This document shows positions 1 through 12,689 of a DNA stretch of 64,000 nt, in pieces (position 1 is the first letter of the stretch; every line of letters begins with the position of its first letter). The notes beneath the pieces are model-generated. The model searched no databases, was not told where the DNA came from, and saw nothing but the letters and a program-made list of their open reading frames with translations. This DNA is from Acidimicrobiia bacterium (lineage in GTDB: Bacteria; Actinomycetota; Acidimicrobiia; Spongiisociales; ZC4RG35), in contig DASVBU010000007.1 of the NCBI GenBank assembly GCA_036375695.1, positions 5,380 to 69,379 on the forward strand. The letters are read 5' to 3'. The translations under genes were made by a program, and so were the position numbers.

Positions 1-80
1 GAAGCCGACCCGCGAGCGGCGGCAGCCACAGGACTCACCTCCTCGAAACGACCCCTGACGCGGCCCCGACACCGAGGGTA

Positions 81-509
81 GTGTCGACGGCCACGCCTAC
101 CGAAGGAGCACGGGTGATCAAGGAATTCAGGGAGTTCGCACTCAAAGGAAGCCTCCTCGACGTGGCGGTCGGCTTCGTGCTCGGCGCCGCCTTCGCCACC
201 GTCGTCACCTCTCTCGTCGACGACGTGATCATGCCGATCGTGGCCGGCATCTTCGGCGCACCCGACTTCTCCGAGCTGGCCGTCCAGGTGGGCGAAGCCG
301 AGATCCGGTACGGCAACTTCATCAACGCCGTCATCGCCTTCCTGTTGGTGGCTCTGGCCCTCTTCCTCTTCATCGTCAAGCCGATGAACGCCCTGCGTGC
401 CAGATTCGCCAAGGGGGAAGTGGCTGAGGAGGAGGTTGCCCCTTCCCCCGAGGCGGCCCTCCTCGCCGAGATCCGGGACGAGCTGCGCCGCCGGCCGCTA
501 GCGCAATAG
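81..509 (+). CDS. mscL: Large-conductance mechanosensitive channel MscL
   Basis: 142 aa. The N-terminus 'IKEFREFALKGSLLDVAVGFVLGAAF..DDVIMPIV' is the MscL signature, and there are two TM helices. Confidence 0.85.
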   Translation: MSTATPTEGARVIKEFREFALKGSLLDVAVGFVLGAAFATVVTSLVDDVIMPIVAGIFGAPDFSELAVQVGEAEIRYGNFINAVIAFLLVALALFLFIVKPMNALRARFAKGEVAEEEVAPSPEAALLAEIRDELRRRPLAQ

Positions 510-2618
510 CGCCACCATCGCCACGTTGCCCTGGGCGACGCTCTCGGCCATGACCGCCGCCATGACACGATGCAGGTCCACCGCGAGCCGCGGGTCGGAC
601 CTCTCGATCCTGGCGATCGCCCGGTCGTCGAGGCTCCACAGGACGGAAGACTCCGCCGCCGTGACGCGTGCCGATCTGCCCCCGGATCGGTAGATCGACA
701 TCTCGCCGACGATGGCACCCGGGCCGGACGAGCGGACCCGGCGATAGCCGCGGTCCGTCGGGATCTCCGTGACCAGACGACCCCGCTCCACCAGTAGCGC
801 CCCGGTGGTGGCCTCGCCCTCACGGATCACCACCTCGCCCGCCTCCACCTCGCGGCGGTCGAGATGCGGTCGGAGACGGTTCCACACCGAAGGCCCGAAC
901 ACATCCTCGAGATCGCACGAGTCGGGTGAGGTGATGTCGCCGATGACCAGGTTCTCTGCCAACTCCAGGGCGTGATCCACATCCTGTGCCACTTCCACGC
1001 CCTGGAAGTCCCCGAGCACTGCATCGAGCTCCCCTTGCAGGGAAGCGGGGACCGAGGAGACGACCAGCTTCACACCGTGGCGATCGGCCATGGCGGCCAC
1101 CTTGCCGATGACCGAGACACCGGTGGCATCAGCGCCGTGGACCCGCTCCAGGTCGAGGATCACCACCTCGAGGTCGTCCCCCTCCGAGACGAGCCGGCCG
1201 ACCCGTTCGACGGCGAGCTTGGCGGTCCCGAAGAACAGGAAGCCGTGGAGTTGAACCACGAGGATCCGATCCCCTCGCTCGCCCAGCACGCCGACAGCCT
1301 CCGCGGGTCGGTCGACGACGCTGCGCATCTCGAGGCCGGTTGCGTGGTGACGCACCGGGTCCATGGCGGCGTAGCGGACGGCGAAGATGATCGTGGACGC
1401 CACCAGGCCCAGCCCCACGGCGACGAGGAAGCCGAGCGTGGCCACCGCCACCGTGATCGCGGCCATGAGCAGGACCTCGGGCCCGGTCATGTGACGCCGC
1501 CGGTCGACGAACCAGTCGGTGATGAAGCCCAGACCGATGAACATGATCAGGCCGCCGATCACGGGCATGGGGAGCAGGGAGAGGAGGGGGCCGCCGATCA
1601 CGATCGCCAACAGGCACATGGCGGCGACGACCACGGGAACACCCCGGTTGCGCACCCCGACCCGGTAGCCGAGGGCGGTGATACCGAGGGTGTGATACGC
1701 CGCCGGCATGGCGCTCACCCCGCCGGCGACGTTGGCGATCCCGACTGCCCGCAGCTCACGGTCGAGATCGGCGTCATGTCCCTGCAACATCTCCAGGGCG
1801 TTGACGTTGAGCAGCATGCCCAGGGTGGCGACCAGAGGCACCGTGGCCAGGCCACCCCACGCCGCACCCACCACGGACCAGTCGGCCGAGCCGAACTCGG
1901 CGAACGGCAATCCCAGACCCGTGCGGACCGACTCCATGAGCAACCCGGCAGCGCGAGCGTCCGCCATCGAGGTCCCGCTGACCCATAGAGCGACGAAGAA
2001 GACGACGGCCCCGGCCACGACGCTTCCCGGGACCAGGCTGGGTCTCGGCCACCTCCTCAGCACGAGGAGCATGCCGAGGGCGAAGACGGACCCGCCGACG
2101 AGCCCGGCCACGCCGGCGGTGCTCCAGTCGAACCCCCTGGTGATGACGTCGGCCCCGCCGACCACGAGGTGGTAGCCCGTCCCGCCCAGGAAGCCCCCGA
2201 TCACGGGCAAGGGGATGAACCTGATCAGGCCACCCTGACGCAGGACGCCGATGAGCCACATGAGGGCCCCGGTGACCACCGTGGCGACCGCCACGTAGGT
2301 GACCAGTGTGGCGAAGGCCGCGCCCGCGTCCATGACCACCAGGAAAGGCGCGGCGGTGGCTGCGAGGATCGCGGTCGAGGTGTCCTGCGGGACGATGACG
2401 GCCCCGGGCATCGACGACCACCGGGAGGAGATCAGGTTGGACACCATGGCGCCGAGGAGCACGAAGGCCGCCCCTTTGGCGTACGCGGCCGGGCCCATGC
2501 CTGCGAAGAGAAGGGCGGCGAACGAAAGGGCGACGGCGACCTCCATGGTCCCCGCCACCAGACCGATCCCCGCCACCGAGCCGAGACCGGCCCTGCCGCC
2601 CGTCAGGCCCTTGTCCAC
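498..2618 (-). CDS. SulP-family anion transporter with C-terminal STAS and cyclic-nucleotide-binding (CAP-like) domains
   Basis: 706 aa. The N-terminal two thirds form a multi-TM SulP-like core, followed by a STAS-like segment. The C-terminus 'GEVVIREGEATTGALLVERGRLVTEI...GEMSIYRSGGRSARVTAAESSVLWSL' is a cNMP-binding fold. The 3' end overlaps mscL by 12 bp, convergently. Confidence 0.7.
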   Translation of the reverse strand: MDKGLTGGRAGLGSVAGIGLVAGTMEVAVALSFAALLFAGMGPAAYAKGAAFVLLGAMVSNLISSRWSSMPGAVIVPQDTSTAILAATAAPFLVVMDAGAAFATLVTYVAVATVVTGALMWLIGVLRQGGLIRFIPLPVIGGFLGGTGYHLVVGGADVITRGFDWSTAGVAGLVGGSVFALGMLLVLRRWPRPSLVPGSVVAGAVVFFVALWVSGTSMADARAAGLLMESVRTGLGLPFAEFGSADWSVVGAAWGGLATVPLVATLGMLLNVNALEMLQGHDADLDRELRAVGIANVAGGVSAMPAAYHTLGITALGYRVGVRNRGVPVVVAAMCLLAIVIGGPLLSLLPMPVIGGLIMFIGLGFITDWFVDRRRHMTGPEVLLMAAITVAVATLGFLVAVGLGLVASTIIFAVRYAAMDPVRHHATGLEMRSVVDRPAEAVGVLGERGDRILVVQLHGFLFFGTAKLAVERVGRLVSEGDDLEVVILDLERVHGADATGVSVIGKVAAMADRHGVKLVVSSVPASLQGELDAVLGDFQGVEVAQDVDHALELAENLVIGDITSPDSCDLEDVFGPSVWNRLRPHLDRREVEAGEVVIREGEATTGALLVERGRLVTEIPTDRGYRRVRSSGPGAIVGEMSIYRSGGRSARVTAAESSVLWSLDDRAIARIERSDPRLAVDLHRVMAAVMAESVAQGNVAMVALLR

Positions 2619-2710
2619 GGCGGGAAGTTAGCGGTCGCCGCCATGGCTCGCCGAGAGATGGCTTGCTTCCCGACCGCGGTTAACGTCGATTCGTTGGCGA
2701 CAAAGGGTTC

Positions 2711-4963
<2,253 letters not shown>

Positions 4964-4967
4964 GCCC

Positions 4968-6203
4968 TTGACCCATCCAAGGACAGCCACTCTCCGCGAC
5001 CCCGACCTTCCCGAGCTCGCCGTCCTCCTCGGCACCGACGCGCCGCCACCCCTGACGGCCGCGGTCGAGACGCTGCAGGGCGAAGTGGCCTCCTGCCGTG
5101 TGGATCAAGTCTCCTGGTCCCCCGGCAGGAGCGTGGTGGTGCGATATCAGGTCGAGGTGCGAGGCGGCCCCCTGGACGGCACACAACAGTTCGTCGCCGC
5201 CGCCGGGCGGATCCCCCACGGGGCGATGATCATCGAGGACGACGAGGGGCGTCGCGTCGGAGTGTGGCGGTTCCCCCACGATCCGGCTCTGCCCGGTCTG
5301 CCTTCGGCGATCGACCCCGCCGCGGCCGAAGAGGTCCTGGTCGGCCTGGATGGCAAGCCCGGCCCGACCACGACCCATCTCCGCGCCTACCGACCGTCCC
5401 GCCGTGCCGTGGTGGAGGTGCGGGGACCCGAGGAGCGACTCTTCTTCAAGGTCGTCCGTCCCAACGCCATCGAGGGTCTGCACCGCATCCACCGCACACT
5501 CGCCGAAGTGTTGCCGGTGCCGGCGAGTCTCGGTTACGACGAACGGCTCGGCCTGGTGGTGCTCCAGGCGATGCCCGGTATCACGCTCCGCGAGGCCATG
5601 GCCCACCCCGACCTGCCGCTGCCCGAACCCGAGACCGTGGCCGGCCTGGTCGCCGACCTCCCCCGGCCGGACGGGCTCGACGAGGCACATTCCCCGCTGG
5701 ACCGCGCCCAGCGGGCCATCCCGATGGTCATGAGGATCTGCCCCGAGCTCACCGAGCGTCTCGAACGGCTGGCCGAAGGGATCGGCTCCGAGACCCTGCC
5801 CGCCGACCGCCCGGTCCACGGGGACTACTACGAGGCCCAGTTGATGGTCGATGACGGGAAGATCCTCGGGATCCTGGACGTCGACACCTACGGCCTGGGG
5901 CGAGCCGCAGATGACCCTTCCACGATGCTCGCCCATCTCTCGGTGTGGGGGCCCATCAGCCCCCGGCCCGAACGGGTGAGGGAGTACGGAAGCACCCTGG
6001 TGCGGCTGTGGGACTCCGTGGTCGATCCGGTGGACCTCCGTCGCCGCGCCGCGGCGATGTCGTTGCTCCTCGCCACCGGGCCGTTCCGGGTGCAGTCGCG
6101 CAACTGGCCTGACGAAGTCGCGGCGCGGGTGGCCATCGCCGAAACGTGGGTGGAGAGCGCACTGCGGATGGATGAGAGAACTCTCATCCCCTTCTCAGAT
6201 TGA
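4968..6203 (+). CDS. Phosphotransferase-family protein (APH/ChoK-like kinase fold)
   Basis: 411 aa. 'PVHGDYYEAQLMV' and 'LGILDVDTYGLG' are the Brenner motif and DxxxxxG of aminoglycoside/choline kinase-like phosphotransferases. The start codon is TTG. Confidence 0.55.
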   Translation: MTHPRTATLRDPDLPELAVLLGTDAPPPLTAAVETLQGEVASCRVDQVSWSPGRSVVVRYQVEVRGGPLDGTQQFVAAAGRIPHGAMIIEDDEGRRVGVWRFPHDPALPGLPSAIDPAAAEEVLVGLDGKPGPTTTHLRAYRPSRRAVVEVRGPEERLFFKVVRPNAIEGLHRIHRTLAEVLPVPASLGYDERLGLVVLQAMPGITLREAMAHPDLPLPEPETVAGLVADLPRPDGLDEAHSPLDRAQRAIPMVMRICPELTERLERLAEGIGSETLPADRPVHGDYYEAQLMVDDGKILGILDVDTYGLGRAADDPSTMLAHLSVWGPISPRPERVREYGSTLVRLWDSVVDPVDLRRRAAAMSLLLATGPFRVQSRNWPDEVAARVAIAETWVESALRMDERTLIPFSD

Positions 6204-6260
6204 TCTCACGACCGAATCCGACACTGGTCGTAGTCGCTGATCGAAGAGAAGGAACTCACC

Positions 6261-6743
6261 ATGCAACTCAAGGAACAGGCTTCGAAGAAGTGGAAGGTCG
6301 TGGCGGCCGTGACGGCGGTGACCGCCATCGGTGGCACGGCCCTTGCTGCCACGTCACCGTCGACCGGCACCTCGACTTCGATCGACCTCGACGACCGCAC
6401 CAGCATCTCATCGCTGTCGGGCTCATCGAGCAGCTCGTCATCGACCTCGCCGTCGGTCACGAGCCCGTCGTCTTCGACGTCGGCCCCGTCGATCCCGGGT
6501 GTCAACTTCGGGAGTCTCGACCCGACGCCCACCAACACCCCGTTCGACAGCGTGGATACTGCGACCCCGGACAGCCCGGTCACACCACCCACCCCGGACT
6601 CCCCGAACACCCCGGACTCTCCGAACACACCGGACAGCCCCGACACGCCGGACAGCCCGGACTCTCCGAACACACCGGACAGCCCCGACACGCCGAACAC
6701 GCCCGACACGCCGGACAGCCCGGACAGCGCCGACACACCCTGA
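6261..6743 (+). CDS. Small secreted protein with C-terminal TPDSP(N/D) tandem repeats
   Basis: 160 aa with a signal-peptide-like N-terminus (KKWKVVAAVTAVTAIGGTALA) and a C-terminus made of TPDSP units. A GAAGGA RBS precedes the ATG. Confidence 0.5.
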   Translation: MQLKEQASKKWKVVAAVTAVTAIGGTALAATSPSTGTSTSIDLDDRTSISSLSGSSSSSSSTSPSVTSPSSSTSAPSIPGVNFGSLDPTPTNTPFDSVDTATPDSPVTPPTPDSPNTPDSPNTPDSPDTPDSPDSPNTPDSPDTPNTPDTPDSPDSADTP

Positions 6744-6763
6744 CCAGCAAGACCCCCGGGAAG

Positions 6764-6789
6764 CAGGGCCGTCCTCCGGGACGGCCCTG
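6764..6789 (+). terminator. GC-rich hairpin (11-bp stem) after the first repeat-protein gene
   Basis: cagggccgtcc-tccg-ggacggccctg is a perfect inverted repeat lying 20 nt after the stop codon. Confidence 0.4.
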
Positions 6790-6876
6790 TCCTCCATGAG
6801 AGAGCTCTCATCGTCTTCTCAGGGGATCTCATCATCCGTCATAACGACACTCGACCACGACAATTGGGGACACAAG

Positions 6877-7233
6877 ATGCAGTTGAAGGACCAGGTCAGG
6901 CGGAACTGGAAGGTGGCGGCCGCCGTTACGGCCGTCTCCGCCATCGGTCTCACGGGTCTGGCGATGGCCGACCCCGGTGACGGGGTGCCCGACCCCGACC
7001 CGATAAACCTCCAGGATCGGACGCCGATCAGCCGGGTGACTTCGACGACGGTGACGACGATCCCCGCTGTGACGTTCGGGACACTCGACATCGCCACCAG
7101 CTCGCCATTCGACGACGACCAGCCCACGTCGACCACCGGCGTGACGGTGGCCAGCCCGAAGACGCCGCAGACCCCCGAGACCCCACCGACTCCCGATACA
7201 CCCCGCACGCCGGACACACCGGACACGCCCTGA
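6877..7233 (+). CDS. Paralogous small secreted protein with TP(D/E)TP repeats
   Basis: 118 aa. Its N-terminus 'MQLKDQVRRNWKVAAAVTAVSAIGLTGLAMA' is homologous to the N-terminus of the upstream gene, and its C-terminus reads 'TPQTPETPPTPDTPRTPDTPDTP'. Confidence 0.5.
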   Translation: MQLKDQVRRNWKVAAAVTAVSAIGLTGLAMADPGDGVPDPDPINLQDRTPISRVTSTTVTTIPAVTFGTLDIATSSPFDDDQPTSTTGVTVASPKTPQTPETPPTPDTPRTPDTPDTP

Positions 7234-7345
7234 TGGACGCCGGCGAATCCTCCCGGCGGGCCTCCACCTAGCCTGACCGATCATCGAGACCCGGGAGCAA
7301 CGTCGTCGCTTCGGCTCCACCCGGTGGCGAATCCTCGGGTGGTAC

Positions 7346-8688
7346 GTGGGTCTGCTCGCCTTCGCCCTCGTCACCGCCCTCCTCATCCAGCGCGCCTATC
7401 TGGGTGGGGCCGTCCGCAACAACGCCGACGAGGCGCTCGACCAGGAGGTCGAAGAGCTGCGACAGATCGCCGCCGGCCCCAACCCCGCCACCGGAGAGGC
7501 GTTCGGGGGCGACGTCCAGGCGATCTTCGAGACCTTCTTCGCCCGATACGCCCCCCTTTCCGGGGAGTTCGTCGTCACATTCGTCGACGGCCGCCCCTAC
7601 AAGGTGGCGCCGTCACGACCGGTCCCGACGGAGCTGGTGGACCGATGGGCGACGTTGACGCAGCCCGAGCGGGATGCGGTCAACACCGGGAACGGGCCGC
7701 TCCGCTACGTGGCCGTGCCCATGTTCGACGAGACCGGAGAGGCCGGTGGCGTGTTCGTCGCCGCGTTCTACATGCAGGAGCGCCAGCAGCCGGTCGACGA
7801 CACCATCCGGATCACCGCGTTGGTGCTCGGCTCGATCTTCGTGCTCGCCTCGGTCGTCGCCTGGATCGCGGCCGGCGACGTGCTCCGGCCCGTCCGTCTC
7901 GTCACCGACACGGCCCGCAGCATCACCCAGTCAGACCTGAGCCGCCGCATCCCGGTGGAGAGCGATGACGAGGTGGGGCGTCTCGCCAGCACCTTCAACG
8001 AGATGCTCGACCGGCTCGAGGAGGCCTTCGCCACCCAGCGGAGGTTCGTCGACGACGCCGGTCACGAGCTGCGCACACCCATAACCGTGATCCGCGGCCA
8101 GCTCGAGCTCCTCGGCGACGACCCCGAGGAGCGGAGACAGACCATGGAGCTGGTCAACAGCGAGCTCGACCGCATGTCCCGCATGGTCGAGGACCTGCTC
8201 ATCCTCGCCCGCTCCGAGACCCCCGACTTCATCGAAGCCCGCCCGATCGACCTTCAGGACTTCATGGACGAGATGACGGTCAAGGCGTCGGGGCTCGCAG
8301 GTCGTGAGGTGACCCTGGAGCGTGCCGATCCGGGAGTGTTCACCGCCGACCGCCAGCGACTCACCCAGGCCGTCACCAACCTGGTGCGCAACTCGGTCGA
8401 GCACGGCGGTCGCGACGTCAAGGTGTCGATCGGAGGCATGCTGGACGGGGCGAGGGTGCGGATCTGGGTCGAGGACGACGGGCCAGGTGTGCCCGACGAG
8501 GTCCGGACGCACCTGTTCGAACGGTTCTATCGAGGCAACAACCGGCGCTCGGGGACGGGCGCCGGCCTGGGCCTTTCCATCGTGCGTGCCATCGTCGAGG
8601 GCCACGGCGGTAGTGTCGACCTGCAGAGCAGACCGGGACGCACCAAGTTCGAGATCGTGTTGCCCGCCGCCCCATCGGAGGAGGAGCC

Positions 8689-8704
<16 letters not shown>
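7346..8704 (+). CDS. Two-component sensor histidine kinase (HisKA + HATPase_c)
   Basis: 452 aa with two TM segments flanking a periplasmic loop. 'HELRTPITVI' is the H-box, and the G1/G2 boxes are 'VEDDGPGVP' and 'GTGAGLGLSIV'. The start codon is GTG. Confidence 0.8.
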
Positions 8705-9354
<650 letters not shown>

Positions 9355-9373
9355 TCACCGCTACGGTCGGGGC

Positions 9374-11044
9374 ATGACTCTCTCCGACCTCGCCGACCGC
9401 CACTGGGCCACCAGATGCGAGTTCTCTCCCACCATTGCCACCGTCTATGGGGTCCACGACTTCGACGACCGGTTGCGGCGTTTCGACGACGAGTGGCTGG
9501 GCGACATGGAGAGACGGTTCTCGGACATCGCAGACTCGGCGCGGGCCCTCGATACTGAGGGCCTCACGACCCAGGAGCGGATCACCCGCGAGCTGCTGAT
9601 CTACGAGGCATCGACCTTCGCCGAGGAGATCCGCACCAAATACCTGGTGGCGCCGATCGACCCGTTCATCGGGCCCCACACCCGGATCCTGGGCGACAGC
9701 CGTCAGAACACGGTCGCCGACCGGGAACAGGCAGACATGCTCCTACGCCGGTACGAGCGGATCCCGGAGTACCTGGACGGGGCCTTGGGGTACCACCGGC
9801 AGAACGTCGCGCGGGGCATGACCCCGGCTCGGGCCCCGGTGGAACGGGTCCTCGCCCAGCTCGACGCCTATGTGGACTCACCGCTGGACAGCGACCCGTT
9901 CCTCGTCCTCAAGGTGCCGGGCGACGGGGCCGACTGGCGCGACAAGGCGGAGCGCCTGGTCACCGAGGTGATCCGTCCCGCGGTGGCGGCCTATGCAGAC
10001 GGCATCAGGGCGCACGTCCTCCCCCACGCCCGTGGCGACGACCGCTGCGGGCTGGTGTGGATGGAGGGCGGCGAGGAGATCTATGCCGCACTGCTCCGCA
10101 AGTACACCCAGCTCGACATCACGCCGCAGCAGATCCACGACACCGGCCAGGAGTGGGCGACTGAGATCAACGCCGCGGAGTGGGTGGAGATCGGCAGTGA
10201 CGCTTTCGGGGCGACCACCAAGGACGAGGTGTTCGCCCGACTCCACGGTGACCCCGACCTGAAGTTCCGATCCGAGGTGGAGATGCTGGAGCACGGCCGG
10301 GCGGCCGTGGCTCGTGCCTGGGACGCGGTGGACGACTGGTTCGGCGCTCGACCCGATACGCCTTGCGACGTGGTCCCGGTGCCGCCGGCGCAGGCGCCGG
10401 CCATGCCGCCGGCGTACTACCTGATGCCGCCGATGGACCGCTCCCGACCCGGCACCTACTTCCTCAACACCTACCGACCCGAGGAGCGCGACCGGTTCGA
10501 GTACGAGTCGATCCACTTCCACGAGGCGGTGCCGGGCCATCACTTCGACCGGTCACTGGCCGCGGAGCTGGAGGGCATCCCCACGTTCCGCCGGTACGCC
10601 CAGGTGTACGCCCACACCGAGGGTTGGGGGCTCTACTCGGAGCGTCTCGCCGACGAGATGGGCTTGTACAGCTCGGCGGTGGACCGGCTGGGGATGGTGA
10701 GCGCCGACGCCTGGCGGGCAGGTCGGCTCGTCACCGACACCGGGATGCACGCCCTGGGTTGGAGTCGGCAGCAGGCGATCGAGTTCCTCGAGGAGTGGAC
10801 GCCGATCGGCCGGCTCACCATCGAGCAGGAGGTGGACCGGTACATCGGGATGGCCGGCCAGGCGGTCGCCTACAAGATCGGCCAGCTCGAGATCATGCGG
10901 CTCCGTCGCCACGCCGAGGCCGAGCTGGGCGACCGGTTCGACATCAAGGGCTTCCACGACCAGATGCTGGTCAACGGCGCCATGCCACTGCCGCTGCTGT
11001 CCACCGCCGTCGAGGAGTGGATCGCTGAGTCGCGTCAGGCCTGA
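9374..11044 (+). CDS. DUF885-family protein (putative metallopeptidase-like)
   Basis: 556 aa. 'FHEAVPGHHFD' plus the overall length and composition are typical of DUF885. Confidence 0.6.
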   Translation: MTLSDLADRHWATRCEFSPTIATVYGVHDFDDRLRRFDDEWLGDMERRFSDIADSARALDTEGLTTQERITRELLIYEASTFAEEIRTKYLVAPIDPFIGPHTRILGDSRQNTVADREQADMLLRRYERIPEYLDGALGYHRQNVARGMTPARAPVERVLAQLDAYVDSPLDSDPFLVLKVPGDGADWRDKAERLVTEVIRPAVAAYADGIRAHVLPHARGDDRCGLVWMEGGEEIYAALLRKYTQLDITPQQIHDTGQEWATEINAAEWVEIGSDAFGATTKDEVFARLHGDPDLKFRSEVEMLEHGRAAVARAWDAVDDWFGARPDTPCDVVPVPPAQAPAMPPAYYLMPPMDRSRPGTYFLNTYRPEERDRFEYESIHFHEAVPGHHFDRSLAAELEGIPTFRRYAQVYAHTEGWGLYSERLADEMGLYSSAVDRLGMVSADAWRAGRLVTDTGMHALGWSRQQAIEFLEEWTPIGRLTIEQEVDRYIGMAGQAVAYKIGQLEIMRLRRHAEAELGDRFDIKGFHDQMLVNGAMPLPLLSTAVEEWIAESRQA

Positions 11045-11544
11045 TCCGGCCTGTCCGGCACGATTCGCCTGCGTGCCCGAAGACCCAACACCACCCACAC
11101 CGCCACGGCGGCTGCTGCGACTGCGAGTCCGATCCCGGCCATGAGGCGATCGTTCCCGCTGATCTGCCCACCGTCGGCGATCCAGTTCCCGGAGACGAAC
11201 GCGAAGAGACCGATTCCGAAGGGCAGGCCAAGTGCACCGGGGCCCCCTGTCAAGGCGAGCAGGAGAAAGGCGAGACCGGCGGAGATCATGGCCCCGACCG
11301 AGCGGGATGCCGGCCCGGCGACGACGAGGACCCACCAGAGCACCCACGACCCGAAGGCAATCCACAGTGCGACCCGGAACCGGAAGGAAATGGTTCGCCT
11401 GCCGAGCAGGACGGTGAGGAGCACGGCGAGGATCATCACCACCCCGCCCACCGAGAGGGCGGCCAGGTAGGAGTAGAACCACAGGAGCCCGCAAATGGCC
11501 CAGGCGATGAAGGCGTCGATCGACGAGTCACGCTTGGTAGCCAT
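11035..11544 (-). CDS. Hypothetical integral membrane protein
   Basis: 169 aa with 4-5 predicted hydrophobic helices and no recognisable motif. Confidence 0.4.
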   Translation of the reverse strand: MATKRDSSIDAFIAWAICGLLWFYSYLAALSVGGVVMILAVLLTVLLGRRTISFRFRVALWIAFGSWVLWWVLVVAGPASRSVGAMISAGLAFLLLALTGGPGALGLPFGIGLFAFVSGNWIADGGQISGNDRLMAGIGLAVAAAAVAVWVVLGLRARRRIVPDRPDQA

Positions 11545-11633
11545 CAGGACACCAGGGATTCGAGACGACGGATCTCGGCTTCCAGTTCTTTCGAGCCCGC
11601 GGCCGCAGCGACGGCGTTCTCGACCTCGCTCAT
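11544..11633 (-). CDS. Possible small ORF (29 aa) translationally coupled to the downstream membrane-protein gene
   Basis: The ATG at 11633 gives MSEVENAVAAAAGSKELEAEIRRLESLVS. Its stop overlaps the start of the 11035..11544 gene in an ATGA arrangement. Confidence 0.2.
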   Translation of the reverse strand: MSEVENAVAAAAGSKELEAEIRRLESLVS

Positions 11634-11723
11634 GTTTCGATTGTCCGAATGAGCGGAAGAGAAGTCAATGGTTGACGATGAAATAGCGGTGCCGTCGTTG
11701 GAGACCGGCACCGAATCACGGAG

Positions 11724-11814
11724 CGGAGAGGGAGGGATTTGAACCCTCGAAGGGGCTGTATCACCCCTTACTCGCTTAGCAGGCGAGCGCCTTCGACCTC
11801 TCGGCCACCTCTCC
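11724..11814 (-). tRNA. tRNA-Ser (anticodon GCT)
   Basis: Reverse complement GGAGAGGTGGCCGAGAGGTCGAAGGCGCTCGCCTGCTAAGCGAG...GGTTCAAATCCCTCCCTCTCCG. It has a long variable arm and an anticodon loop CTGCTAA. Confidence 0.85.
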
Positions 11815-11850
11815 GGGCCCACATAGCGTACGTGAAAGCCGGCCTCACCC

Positions 11851-12471
11851 CTACTCCGTCGCAGCACGACTGCTGGAGTCGTCTGCCGATCGTCCAGTGA
11901 CCAGCAGCGCGACCGCGATCACGGCCGGCATCACCACGTGCGCCACCGGGAAGTACATGTCGTTGGGGGTGAGAACGAGCAGGCCTACGAGCAGCCCGAG
12001 GTTGAAGACGACAACGATCCAGCCAACCGCCCTCATCCAGCGGATCAGGCCCCATCCGACGCCCGCCTGACCGAGGCAGGCCAGGATCACATAGCCCGCG
12101 GTCAGGGAGCGGGCCTGGAGGATCCGCCAGCCGGCGGCAGAGGCCGCCTCCACGGTGAAGATCAGGAATGCGCCCACCAGGAAGATCAAGGCACCCACCC
12201 TCGCGGTCATCTCACCGGAAACCATGGAGAGCATCCACAACCCGATCGCAGTGACGATCGCCGAGGCGCCGAAGAGGCTGCGCTCGATGTCGTAGAGCAT
12301 CGAGGGGGAGGCAACCTCGGGGCAAGGGCCCAAGCGCAACCCGATCGGGTCACGACAGCCGAAGAGATAGAGGGCGACGGCCATGACCGCGACTCCCACC
12401 AGCAGGAAGACGACCGCAGAGCCAGGAGACGGTCTCGTCCGCCGCCCATCGGATGCCTGTGGCGCGGTCAT
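11851..12471 (-). CDS. Hypothetical integral membrane protein
   Basis: About 206 aa from the internal ATG (MTAPQ...), with several TM helices. The longer ORF in the track overlaps the tRNA and is unlikely to be real. Confidence 0.4.
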   Translation of the reverse strand: MTAPQASDGRRTRPSPGSAVVFLLVGVAVMAVALYLFGCRDPIGLRLGPCPEVASPSMLYDIERSLFGASAIVTAIGLWMLSMVSGEMTARVGALIFLVGAFLIFTVEAASAAGWRILQARSLTAGYVILACLGQAGVGWGLIRWMRAVGWIVVVFNLGLLVGLLVLTPNDMYFPVAHVVMPAVIAVALLVTGRSADDSSSRAATE

Positions 12472-12508
12472 GACACGGCCTTCCTTTCGAAGTGCTCGAA
12501 GCCGTGAG

Positions 12509-12595
12509 CGGAGGGGGTGGGATTTGAACCCACGAGACCCGTGAGGGCCCAACGGTTTTCAAGACCGTCTCCTTCGACCGCTCGGACACCCCTCC
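12509..12595 (-). tRNA. tRNA-Ser (anticodon TGA)
   Basis: Reverse complement GGAGGGGTGTCCGAGCGGTCGAAGGAGACGGTCTTGAAAACCGT...GGTTCAAATCCCACCCCCTCCG. The anticodon loop is CTTGAAA. Confidence 0.85.
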
Positions 12596-12641
12596 AGGTA
12601 ATCCAACGCCGCAGACGCTAGAAGGCATCCCGGAGAAAGGC

Positions 12642-12673
12642 GGAAACCCCCGGAACACATTCCGGGGGTTTCC
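12642..12673 (-). terminator. 14-bp perfect hairpin, likely terminator of the 12690..13055 gene
   Basis: ggaaacccccggaa-caca-ttccgggggtttcc lies 17 nt downstream of the stop on the minus strand. Confidence 0.45.
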
Positions 12674-12689
12674 GCGGAGCGCTATTGGT

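Noticed and set aside
35-823. 262-aa minus-strand ORF at the window start overlapping mscL
   Set aside because: The translation is Arg/Ser-rich and low-complexity. mscL on the plus strand is unambiguous.
6206-7226. Minus-strand ORFs (6206..6835, 6819..7226) across the TPDSP-repeat genes
   Set aside because: They are created by the repetitive GC-rich coding repeats. The plus-strand genes have signal peptides and an RBS.
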